DNA from: Octopus bimaculoides
Taxonomy: Eukaryota
Direction: 5' to 3'
DNA length: 32,146 nucleotides
Assembly (NCBI RefSeq): GCF_001194135.2
Contig: NC_068984.1
Location: 98,477,389-98,509,534, forward strand
In this document: one piece after another, positions 9,395 through 20,406 of the stretch
How the letters are laid out: every line of letters begins with the position of its first letter
How positions within the stretch are numbered: position 1 is the first letter of the stretch
Notes under the pieces: generated by a model
What the model was told of the DNA's origin: nothing
The model's input: the letters and a program-made list of their open reading frames with translations, nothing else
Database searches by the model: none
Position numbers and translations under genes: made by a program

Positions 9395-11470
9395 TTGACC
9401 AGGGCTGGTAAGCTGAGGGGCTGCACCAGACTCCAGTCTGATTTGGCATGGTTTCTATGGTTCGATGTCCTTCCTAATGCCAACCAGTCCAAGAGTATAA
9501 TGGGTGCTTTTACGTGCTAGTTATGTGACACCAGCATTGGTCACGTTGCCTTTGTGAGGCTCAGTGCTCGAATTATGCTTTTTATGTGCCACTGGCATGT
9601 GTGCCAGTTACATGACACTGGCATTGGCCACCTGACCTCTATGAGGCCCAACTCTTGAATGGTGTTTTTTTACATGCCACCAGCATCAATCACGACTACA
9701 ACTACGACCACTTAGCTTGATGGGTCTTCTCAAGTACGGCATATCAGCAATGGTATCAGTCAATAGTCATTACCTCTATAAGGCCCAATGTTTAAAGATC
9801 ATGCTTCACCACTTCGTCCCATATCTTGGGTCTACCTCTACCACAGGTTCCCTCCACAATTAGAGAACAGCACTTCTTTACACAGCTGTCCTTCTCCATA
9901 CACATCACATTATCAAACCAGCACAGTTGTCTCTCTTGCACACTGCACCTGATGCCTTTTATGCCCAACTTTTCTCAAAACGCTTGCATGCTGTCATACA
10001 TGCATACTGACATTGCACATCCAGCAGAGCATACTAGCTTCTTTTCTTTCAAGCCTACACATGTCCTCAGCAGTCACAGTCCATGTTTCACTGCTGTCTA
10101 TCATAGCTGTTTGCACACAGGCATCATATAGTCTNNNNNNNNNNGTTTGCACACAGGCATCATATAGTCTGCCTTTCACTCTGAGGAGAGGCCTTTGTTG
10201 CCAACAACAGTAGGAGCTCTCTGAATTTTGCCCAGCCTGTTCTTATTCTTGCAGCTAATGGAGCATCACCTCCATTATTGATTTAGTCACCTAAATAGCA
10301 GAAGCTATCAACTACCTCTAGCTTACCCTACTGGCAGCCTATAAAGTTCATTTTCTGTACATTTTCAGTGTTCATTGTACCCATGCACCTTCCACACACA
10401 AAAACTGTTTTCTCAGTTAATCTTCCTCTGATATTGCTGCACCTCTTATGTGTCCATAGCTTGCATTGGGTACATCTTATGGAGTTTCTACCTACTCCTT
10501 TGGATTGCTATTCCCTCTGTTGGATCAACATTAGGCAGACTCTCCTTCTCCCGTGAGTTTTCTACAGTTAGAAGCCTTTCATAGTGGCGTTTCCAAGCCT
10601 CTTTCTTTGCAGAGTCACTAACTGCAAGTGAACCATCATCCATGTTAACACACTTCTCTCCCACAACATCACAATTTTCTCTGGCACACTGTCTTGCAAA
10701 CTGAAACACTTCAAGCTACTGGTCCTCACTCTGCAGAACATTGGCAGACATCTTCCTTTCTGTTTCAACTCTGGCTAAGTATACCTGCTTCCTAGCTTAC
10801 CTTCTAGCTGGGTGATGTAGCTCTTTGCTACTCCCAAACTTCCAGTCCTTCCAAACCTCTAATGGCCCTGTCAACTACATTGTTCCACCACCATATCACC
10901 CTAGATCTGGTTGGGACTTTGCACCATCCACAAATTTGGTCTGTGGCCATCAGTCAGTTGTCTTGTAGGAACTTCCAGTTATTCTCTATTTTGTAAGTCT
11001 GCAACTCCTCCTCCTTCTCATCCAATGCTTCGGTTAGGAAGTCACTAAACCTCTGACTATTCAAAAGATTCTTAAGCTTCTAAATTCTTCTTTTCCAAAC
11101 TGGCTTGCATCTTGGAATCTTTTGTGCCTGCAGTTTGAAGTCACTAATGAGTAACCTATCCTGGGATATGGGTACACTCTTCAGCAGGGAAGGGCTTTGC
11201 ATTCAAGAGTAGCCATGAATCCTGCTTTCTGGTGAATGTAGTTGATCTGGGTAGTGTGATCACCGAATTTATAGATTACCAGGTGACTGGCCAGTTTACT
11301 GAAGCTGGTGTTACATATCATTAGGTCATTTGCATCACAGAACTTCAGCAGCCTTGTTCCCTCCTTGTTTTGAGAGCCAATTCCATGGCCACCATGCTCC
11401 CTGGACAACACCTGGGTGCTTCCCAACATGCCCTTTGAAATCATCAACCACGAAGATAAGGTTACTGTCA
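9390..11470 (-). mobile_element. RTE-clade LINE, 5'-truncated, RT core deleted
   Basis: APE C-terminus HGGHGIGSQNKEGTRLLKFCDANDLMICNT; WWWNNVV; VVGEKC..AWKRHYERLL; then directly GVGRNSIRCTQCKLWTHKRC..CGRC, FCYLGD, GRLYDACV..SSETW, GRGRP..W and a 3' UTR with tandem hairpins. Confidence 0.9.
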
Positions 11471-11749
11471 TTTATATATCATCATCATATATGTGTGTGT
11501 GTATGAATATATATACATATTAGCATATATATACACACACACGCATATATAGTATCATCTACAAGAACTTATCTAAAAAAATCACCTGAAGAAACACATT
11601 TTACACCTTTGATGAATGACAGTGATTACACAAGATGTTAATTGCATTATCTCATCAATGTACTATGGGCGTAATGATGTGTGGAAGCAATTGTAGAGAT
11701 ATGAATTGAAGAATGTTGTTCAATCCATTTTCTCTTATTAATCTCTTGT

Positions 11750-11812
11750 ATGTATATGTGTATATGCATGTATGTATGTATGTATGTATGTATGTATGTA
11801 TGTATGTATGTA

Positions 11813-11898
<86 letters not shown>

Positions 11899-11900
11899 AG
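11750..11900. repeat. compound microsatellite (TATG)n(TG)n(TA)n; similar tracts at 280-500, 3487-3870, 5350-5425, 15140-15278 (ATT)n, 17770-17860, 21435-21515 and 29530-29770
   Basis: direct reading. Confidence 0.95.
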
Positions 11901-12432
11901 CATGTATGTATATGTATATATGTATATATATACATGTGTATATATGTATGTATATATAATCATATATATATGTGTGTGTGTATATTTATTTATTTATTTA
12001 TTTATTTATCTATAATATACCTTCATTCCCATCCAATCTTACCAATCTTAAATGATGAAGCCATAGTGACTCTATTGACTGTGATTAGAAGGTAGAATCG
12101 ATGTATGGAAGACTTACATTCTTTTACACTAAAAGAAGGTAATGTTAAAAATATTCAGCAAATCAAGATCAGTGATGGAAGAAGCAGAATAAGGACTGGG
12201 GTTCAAATGAATTCTACTAAAAACCAGTTGAGGATGGGGCCCCAGCATAGCCACAGTCCACTGATGGAAAACCAGTAGTATTTTGGTAGGTAAGGTTGGG
12301 AGATAGGGTGTGTAATAGATTTGTTTTTGAGAAGAGAAAATACCAACATCATCAACATGAACTTATCAACAACAAACAACAATATAATAAACAACAAGTT
12401 AAATAAAATAAAAACAAAATTAAAAAACACAA

Positions 12433-12999
12433 GGTGCAGGCGTGGCTGTGTGGTAAGAAGCTTGCTTCTCAGCCACATGGTTCTGGGTTCATTCCCACTG
12501 CATAGCACCCTAGGCAAGTGTCTTCTACTATAGCTTCAGGCAAACCAAAGCCTTGTGAATGGATTTTGTAGACAGAAACTGAAAGAAGCCCATCATATAT
12601 ATGTGTATATATATATATTACCCACCTTTTACCCACTCCCATTTATTGCACTTGGTATAACACTAGTGTAACAATAATTGAGTACCGTCCCAGCAGTATA
12701 TTGGATAGATACTATCCCTTAGTGGGTTGAATCCTCAACCCCTAACTCTCTCACATTATATATATATTTATATATTTGTTTGTGTGTGCATGTATGTGTG
12801 TGTGTGTTTGTCTCCCACCCCACCACCACTTAACAACTGATGTTGGTTTATTTATGTATCCCAAACTTAGTAGTTCAGCAAAAAGTGTCTGGTGTAATAA
12901 GTGCCAGACTGAAAACAAAAAATGTCCTGGGGTCAATTTCTTTAACTAAAAGTTCTTCACAGCAGTGTCCCAGTATGAACTGAAACAGATAAAAAAAAA
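12433..12999 (+). mobile_element. CORE-type SINE carrying an about 135-bp insertion in its internal (TA)n tract
   Basis: same head and 3' half as 4563 and 13856; insertion at about 12618-12757 flanked by TA repeats. Confidence 0.85.
12618..12757. repeat. structured interspersed repeat, copy 2
   Basis: matches the reverse complement of 1852-1980; GGGTTGA-ATCC-TCAACCC hairpin. Confidence 0.8.
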
Positions 13000-13421
13000 C
13001 AACAACATTAAAAATCACAATATACAATAACAGTAAAAGCAACAGTAATATAAAAACAACAACAAGCATTGCAGCAATAATAGCAACAACAGCAACAGCA
13101 AAAGTTACAAAAAGGAAAAGTAAAGAAAGTTAATGGAAACTGCTTCTTCAGGGTTTTGAAAAAATTCTTCACTGAAGAATAAAGCAAAATGAATAAAGAA
13201 AATGGTGTCAAAATAATAGATTAGGAAGCAGGAAGTAAAGAGATGTTTGTGTGACATGGAACAATAAATTAGTTGTGTTTTGAGACTGTGAATGATTGTA
13301 ACAACAGCCCCGACTTGTGGTCACTATATATTGCTGCTGTCTCTATATCTTGTTTAGTGGGTGGCTTCTTAAACATTGCTCTTTAGTTATTGATCATACT
13401 CACACACACACACATGCTCAA

Positions 13422-13459
<38 letters not shown>

Positions 13460-13649
13460 CACACATATTCTTTTGAAATAGCAAGAATCAATATTCAATA
13501 CGAAATGAAACAACATTGATCTTTTGGAAATGGTTTCTGAGAAGAAACACCAAATCAATCTACAAAACATTTCCGTCAGTCAAGTAAAGTTAGAGAAATT
13601 CTGTCAATTTTTTTCCCGATTGATATTTGATAACTTTGAGCTAAACAGT

Positions 13650-13853
13650 TATCATCAACATCATCATCATCATTGGTTTCAAATTTTGACACATGGCCAG
13701 CAGTTTATGCGGAGGTGGTAAGTCGATTACATCGACCCCAGTGGTCAACTAATACTTATTTTATTGACCTTGAAAAGATGAAAGGCTAACTCAGAATGTC
13801 AAGATGGACAAAATGCTGCAAAACATTTTGCCTGGCATGCTAACAATTTTGCC
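13650..13853 (-). mobile_element. Deu/Nin-like tRNA-derived SINE
   Basis: reverse strand GGCAAAATTGTTAGCATGCC..AAAATG..TTCTGAGTT..CCTTTCATCTTTTCAAGGTCAATAAAATAAGT..CTGGGGTCGATGTAATCGACTT..TTTGAAACCA with (ATG)n tail; Deu/Nin label from recall of the CCTTTCATCC..GGTCGATAAA..AGTACC motif. Confidence 0.8.
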
Positions 13854-13855
13854 AC

Positions 13856-14275
13856 AGGTGCAGGAGTGGCTGTGTGGTAAGTAGCTTGCTTACCAACCAC
13901 ATGGTTCTGGGTTCAGTCTCACTGTGTGGCACCTTGGGCAAATGTTTTCTACTATAGCCTCTTGTCGACCAAAGCCTCGTGAGTGGATTCGGTAGATGGA
14001 AACTGAAAGAAGCCCGTCGTATATATATATATATATATATATACATGCGTGTGTATATGTTTGTATGTGTGTCCCCTCCCCAACATCGCTTGACAACCGA
14101 TGCTGGTGTGTTTACGTCCCCGTAACTTAGTGGTTCGGCAAAAGAGACCGATAGAATAAGTATTAGGCTTACAAAGAATAAGTCCTGAGGTCGATTTGCT
14201 TGACTAAAGGCAGTGCTCCAGCATGGCCACAGTCAAAATGACTGAAACAAGTAAAAGAGTAAATGAGTAAAAGAG
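13856..14275 (+). mobile_element. CORE-type SINE (best-preserved copy)
   Basis: full head, CORE-like segment, (TA)n, 3' half and GTAAAAGA-like tail. Confidence 0.85.
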
Positions 14276-14279
14276 TTTG

Positions 14280-14845
14280 TTGCCCTACTTATTGTGGTGG
14301 GAGAGCAGTGCATACCATCAGATGGATTACAAATATATGAAGCCCAGTATACCCATCATGACAACCCATCTGATAAGGGTGCACCAGGCACATGCATCAC
14401 AACATGTACATAACACGGTGATCCCATCTCAAGATAAACAGCGCATGACCTTGCAGGAGGAGTCCAGTTAGAATTTACTTCAGGTTAAGTAGCCCTTCCC
14501 ACTGAAAACCACTGAATGAGGTTTGTTTAAGAATGATGCGCAAAATAATCATGTTTCCAGAGGTGAATTATTCTAGCCCCAAAGAATTCCTCTCAACACA
14601 TGGCTATGATGCTCACCCTCTACTTCTGCTCATGATCAAAGATGCATATATCATCAATCACTAAGGGGCATGCTCAACTGGTTATGGTCAAACAACTGAC
14701 AAGCAAATCTGTTGCATGGAGCAGAATACTTGTTGTAGCCCATCTTTTATACCAAGACAAAGCAATGTACATGATAACACTCCCAATCAGCTGAGATCGG
14801 AAGTCATGAGAACCGGTGCCTGATACTGTATCAAGGCATTTATTA
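14280..14845. repeat. unclassified probable interspersed repeat
   Basis: single copy in the window; more complex and GC-richer than its flanks, bounded by ATT/AAT; recognised only by resemblance to repeats I recall. Confidence 0.3.
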
Positions 14846-15204
14846 TTATCGCTATTATTTAAGACATTGCACAGTATCCAATATTGTGATGTTGTTGATT
14901 AAAGATATTGTGTTTACTGGGAGTTGTACCATCTGTCAAGTCACAAGAAGGACCTCAGACAGACAGTACTTAATGCAATACACATGCAATTCCAATCAAT
15001 ACCGATTTTTGCAATACACCTACATTGTAGGGTATTTCTAAAGTGTCTATGTGTTTCTTCAAGTGGTATTGAACCCAATGCTCTGATGACAGCAGGTACA
15101 AACTTTATGTTTGACTCTTGTAACTGCTACATCTTGGTGTATTATTATTATTATTATTATTACTATTATTATTATTATTAGGTTTTGTTCCTATAGGAGA
15201 AAGG

Positions 15205-15261
<57 letters not shown>

Positions 15262-15974
15262 GTTATTGATTATTATTANNNNNNNNNNNNNNNNNNNNNN
15301 NNNNNNNNNNNNNNNNNNNNNNNNNNNNNNNNNNNNNNNNNNNNNNNNNNNNNNNNNNNNNNNNNNNNNNNNNNNNNNNNNNNNNNNNNNNNNNNNNNNN
15401 NNNNNNNNNNNNNNNNNNNNNNNNNNNNNNNNNNNNNNNNNNNNNNNNNNNNNNNNNNNNNNNNNNNNNNNNNNNNNNNNNNNNNNNNNNNNNNNNNNNN
15501 NNNNNNNNNNNNNNNNNNNNNNNNNNNNNNNNNNNNNNNNNNNNNNNNNNNNNNNNNNNNNNNNNNNNNNNNNNNNNNNNNNNNNNNNNNNNNNNNNNNN
15601 NNNNNNNNNNNNNNNNNNNNNNNNNNNNNNNNNNNNNNNNNNNNNNNNNNNNNNNNNNNNNNNNNNNNNNNNNNNNNNNNNNNNNNNNNNNNNNNNNNNN
15701 NNNNNNNNNNNNNNNNNNNNNNNNNNNNNNNNNNNNNNNNNNNNNNNNNNNNNNNNNNNNNNNNNNNNNNNNNNNNNNNNNNNNNNNNNNNNNNNNNNNN
15801 NNNNNNNNNNNNNNNNNNNNNNNNNNNNNNNNNNNNNNNNNNNNNNNNNNNNNNNNNNNNNNNNNNNNNNNNNNNNNNNNNNNNNNNNNNNNNNNNNNNN
15901 NNNNNNNNNNNNNNNNNNNNNNNNNNNNNNNNNNNNNNNNNNNATATATATATATATTTATTTATTTATTTATG

Positions 15975-16300
15975 TGTTTCAGCCAAGTGGCTGCGGTCAT
16001 GCTGGTGCACCTATATATCATCATCATCATCATCATCGTTTAACATCCGCTTTCCATGCTACCATGGGTTGGACGAATATATATATATATATGTATGTAT
16101 ATGTTTGTGTGTCTGTGTTTGTCCTCCCAACATCACTTGACAACCTGGTGTGTTTACGTCCCTGTAACTTAGTGGTTCGGCAAGAGAGACTGATAGAATA
16201 AGTACTAGGCTTACAAAGAATAAGTCCTGGGGTTGATTTGCTCGACTAAAGGTGGTGCTCCAGCATGGCCGTAGTCAAATGACTGAAACAAATAAAATGA
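15975..16300. mobile_element. mosaic: SINE 3' end (-, 15975-16010), RTE tail (-, 16017-16075), CORE-type SINE 3' half (+, 16085-16300)
   Basis: each piece matches other copies in the window. Confidence 0.75.
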
Positions 16301-17548
16301 AAAAATTAAATTTTTTTTAAATGGATGAAATGTTGCTCAGCATTTTGCCCAGCATACTAATGATCCTGCCAGGTCACAACCTCAAAGAAGAGATCATGGT
16401 ATATGATTTCATGTAATCATTGCTACAGCAATTGTCACTACTGTTGCTATCTTCAAAACTACTTATTTCAGTGTTTGGGACATTTTCTTCCATTAATTGC
16501 TCCCTAAACTGTTTAGCTCTCCCTCCTTTTGCACATTCAGTTGTGTATTTTGCATATGTTCTGCTGTTTTTAACCATTCAGTTCTGTAATATAAGTATAT
16601 TTGGTAGTCATTTTGGATGTGAGAAATGTAATGTGTACATAAAATTTTAAAAGTTTGTAAAATAAACCATTTATTTTTGTCTGTGCCCAGATATTGAGGG
16701 CAAACTTTCCTTTCGTATTTATAATTCAATCTTGCAAGTTATCCAAAGACATTTTATTTGGTAATATTTGAATAAATCATGTCTTGAAGCAAATAAGCAA
16801 AAACAATACTTTCACACTATTAGAATTATATTTAATAGCAGCAGCAACAACAACTACAGCAATGATAATCATCATTATCATCATCATTGCTTTATGTCCC
16901 CTTTCTATGCTTTCACGAGTTGAGCTGTTTTGTTGAGACAGTATTTTATGCCTGGATACCCTTCCCGTCACCAACACATGTAACAGCATCATACAACTTG
17001 TAGAGATATGGTGTATCTGTTCAAAAAATAAAGATACATAGAGTGACACTTGTGATAATTACATTCTTTTACATTCTGAATTCAAATGCCATTATAGCTC
17101 AGTAAAGTATTGTAATGGGGGTGGGGAGACTGCTTAACTGACCTATACCTTACCACTAAATTTATAACCTTGTATCAAGGTTAAAAATCATTGAAATTAA
17201 TATTAGAATTGTTGCTGCTCTGATTTTTAAGACTCATGACATTTCTGATTGAGAAGTTTTATGATAAAAAAAAAAACGTTTTTACTGTGACCACCCTGTC
17301 AAATTTTTTAAGACAGTAAAGTGCAATTAATGAAATTTTGACAGCTATTTCTAGGAAATTGACCAAGCATGTAGGAAGTCTCTTGAAGATTTATATCATG
17401 AAGTGGGTAATGGGGGCAGAGTGATAAGGTAGGCTGGGTTGGGTGAGGGTAGTACAGTGTTTGTGTCAGTGTCTTACAGAAATAAAAAGTTTCATCTCCC
17501 TGTATTTGCACCACTATTTAAATCTTAAGCTTTTATTTTGAATTGCAG

Positions 17549-17624
17549 TTTGTGAACAATAGCATCATTGGTCACAGGCTTCCTGTTGATCAATTATCGG
17601 TTCACAGCATTTCCAAATGCAAGA
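17549..17624 (+). CDS. weak exon candidate FVNNSIIGHRLPVDQLSVHSISKCK
   Basis: TTTTATTTTGAATTGCAG| acceptor; weak AGA|GTAACA donor; open frame, phase 0 to phase 1. Confidence 0.2.
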
Positions 17625-17769
17625 GTAACAAGGGGCTACTTGTGCAAATTTTACAGAACAAATATCACAAGGCATCTTGTCAATGTGTACATCTTTCACT
17701 AACAGACATCAAAGGAGAAACTCACCTACATGCATACATATATACATTCATGCATACACATATATAAAT

Positions 17770-17807
<38 letters not shown>

Positions 17808-17817
17808 NNNNNNNNNN

Positions 17818-17860
<43 letters not shown>

Positions 17861-18249
17861 TAAGGAACTGAATTTGTTAAACTCAGCAGAGTATTGACTA
17901 ATATGTTTTGTGGTATTCCTTTTAGCTCTGCTCCCTGAATTCAAATCCTGTCATAGTTAACTTGACATTCATCCTTTTAGCACTAGTAAAGTTCCACTTA
18001 AGCACTGGGGTGAATTCTTCTCCTATTTATCAGATCTGGAGTGACAGAAATTCTGTCAGGTTTAAAGAATGCCCGAGACAATGCCAGATGACATGACAAC
18101 ACCCATACAACTCTATTACTTCTACAAATAATTAATTTATGCCGAAATCCAAATCTCTCTACATGATTCTGTTTCTTCTAATACGGTTTATTAATCAGCT
18201 GCTGAACATAACACACATAACATTTTATCTCTTGCATCAAGTTGGATCC

Positions 18250-18448
18250 CCACTGATAGAATGGTCATTCTCTCAGCTGATTAAATGGTGGTCCTATTGA
18301 TAGTGAGGTAATTTTTCTCTACTGATAGAATAGTAATTCTGAAGATAAAATGTGAGTTCTGCAGATGGTATAGAAGCTCTACTGATAGAATGGTAGTTCT
18401 ACAGATAAAATCGTAGTTCTATACGTGAAATAGTAGTTCTACATATAG
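18250..18448. repeat. degenerate about 20-bp minisatellite (ACTGATAGAATGGTAGTTCT), resuming at 18917-18970
   Basis: about nine imperfect units, interrupted by an RTE insertion. Confidence 0.8.
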
Positions 18449-18454
18449 CATAAT

Positions 18455-18916
18455 AATTTTACAGATGTAACAAAGAACTGAAAGACAACTTCAGAATGCT
18501 GAACCTTTTGGATGAAATGACAAAGGGCTGAAATACCTGGCACCTTGCTGTACTCAAGAAGACCTGTACACCACAGCAGAAGTGTTAAGACTACATCCCT
18601 AGTGAAGAGGATTGAACTGTAAGAGTCCTGTACTGGTGCCATGTAAAAAGTATGCATGCTAGTGCCACATAAAAAGCACTTGTGCCTCATAAAGGGCACT
18701 CATGCCAATACCATGTAGAAGTGCCTGTGCCAGCAGAACATTGAAAGCACCCAGCAGACACTGTAAAGTGGTTGGTGTTAGGAAGGGCATCCAGCCATAG
18801 AAACCACACCAAATCAGACTGGAACTTAGTACAGCTTGCTAGATTGCAAGCTCTGGTCAAACAGACCAACTCATGCCAACATGGAAAATGGATGTTAAAG
18901 GATGATAATGAGGATG
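18455..18916 (+). mobile_element. 5'-truncated RTE 3' fragment
   Basis: KDNFRMLNLLDEMTKG*NTWHLAVLKKT C-terminus, GGAAGGGCATCCAGC 3' UTR motif, GAT-like tail. Confidence 0.8.
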
Positions 18917-18973
18917 AATAGTAGTTCTACAGATAGAATGGTAATTCTACTGATAATAGTATGATAGTTCTAA

Positions 18974-19232
18974 GATGGCAAGCATTAAGATGTTGGGCAA
19001 AATGCTTAGCAGCATTTCATCCATCTTTACATTCTGAGTTGAAATTTGCACAAGTAGCCCCTTGTTACTCTTGCATTTGGAAATGCTGTGAACCAGTAAT
19101 TAAGTCATTGTCTGATGATGGCTTAGCTGGCTTTCATCTTTTTGGGGTTGATAAAATAAGTACCAGTTGACCACTGGGGTCCATGTAATTGACTTACCCA
19201 CTTCCCTGACCTTGCTGGCCTTGTGTAATCCT
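18974..19232 (+). mobile_element. Deu/Nin-like SINE containing a foreign insertion at about 19042-19130
   Basis: head ..GGCAAAATGCTTAGC..TTCTGAGTTGAAATT, then non-SINE sequence, then CTTTCATCTTTTTGGGGTTGATAAAATAAGTACCAG. Confidence 0.85.
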
Positions 19233-19640
19233 TTTTAATGAAGTCAATCTTAAGAGAGAGAGGAAGGAAAGAGAAAGTGTGTGCATGTGCTTAGGTGAGT
19301 GAATGATAAGATTCAAGTGTTTGCATGTGAATGCATGTTCATGTACATGTGCATATGTTGTCAGTAATATATGGTGTTACAGATAGATAATATTATTGTA
19401 ACAGCAGCATACTCTGACTAGTGTATCATGTCACCTGCCATCAGAGTTGTACAGTTGTAACAAAGATTTGAGCACTCCTGTATCATGCTAGACAATTTCA
19501 TGTTTGCACAAATTGGCAGTCACTTAAACAACCACCTGCCTCATTAATATTGTGTTGGTCCTAAAGGATGGAAAACAAGTTGTCTCAGAACATAAAGAAC
19601 AAGAACAAATACAGCAAAGCCTTTGTCTGATGTTCTAATA

Positions 19641-19775
19641 AGGTAATAACAGTGTTGGATTAACAGCTCAATGGCATCAAATGATGAGGTGATAACAGGG
19701 TTGGATTATCAGCTCAATGCTATTAAGTGTTGAGGTGATAACAGTGTTGGATTAACAGCTCAATGATATTAAGTT
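19641..19775. repeat. 46-bp tandem repeat, about 2.9 copies
   Basis: AGGT(A/G)ATAACAG(T/G)GTTGGATTA(A/T)CAGCTCAATG units start at 19641, 19687 and 19733. Confidence 0.9.
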
Positions 19776-20406
19776 CAAATTCTGCATTTGAATTTTTGTT
19801 GCGTTTTTAAACAGCCACTTGAATTATTCTCACTCTTCAGATCTGCCTGCTGTGAGTAGTTACAAGATTCTTTGAAAAATGTTACCTGTAATAAGCAAGT
19901 ATATTCTATCACAAGGAGACTTTTATCTTTCATCAGTTATATTACAAGAAGCTAAAGTTAAGTACTGGTCTGTAAAGGGAATACAGGCCTTGCAAATCAA
20001 GTATGTCATCAACCTAAGTTTTATAGGTATTACTAACAAGAAAATACAAAAGTAAATGATGTTAAGATGCAGACATGTGTGTGTGTGTGTGGCTTAAGAA
20101 GTTTTCTTCACAACTTGTTCCAGGTTTAATTCCACTTTACAGCACATGGAAACTAGGATCTGTCAGATTAGCTGTTCCTGTTCTAGAAAAATAAATATTT
20201 TGCTTATCAGTGTTTTAGCAGAATTCATTAAGCTGCAAGTAATTTGCTCAAATCTTCAATCTGAGGAGAACTTCCTCTCTCCATCCTCATCACACCGCAC
20301 CAGTCCTAGAGATCCTGAGAAGAAGTCAAGGGGACCTCATTTTCTCCTTTGACTTCACTATAAAAGATTTCAATCCAGCACAGGTCAACTTTATATTTCT
20401 CTTCAG

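Noticed and set aside
10109-10170. 26-nt direct repeat flanking a 10-N gap in the RTE
   Set aside because: Typical unmerged contig overlap; the same applies to the 10-N gap at 17808-17817
16374-16729. Overlapping short minus-strand ORFs in unique-looking DNA
   Set aside because: No single frame stays open between plausible splice sites; no recognisable motif
18042-18058. TGACAGAA-A-TTCTGTCA near-perfect palindrome just after an acceptor-like tract
   Set aside because: Single short palindrome with a weak donor; expected by chance in 32 kb of AT-rich DNA
19641-19775. CRISPR-like appearance of the 46-bp repeats
   Set aside because: Eukaryotic context; the variable parts are only about 13 nt and related to each other; no cas genes
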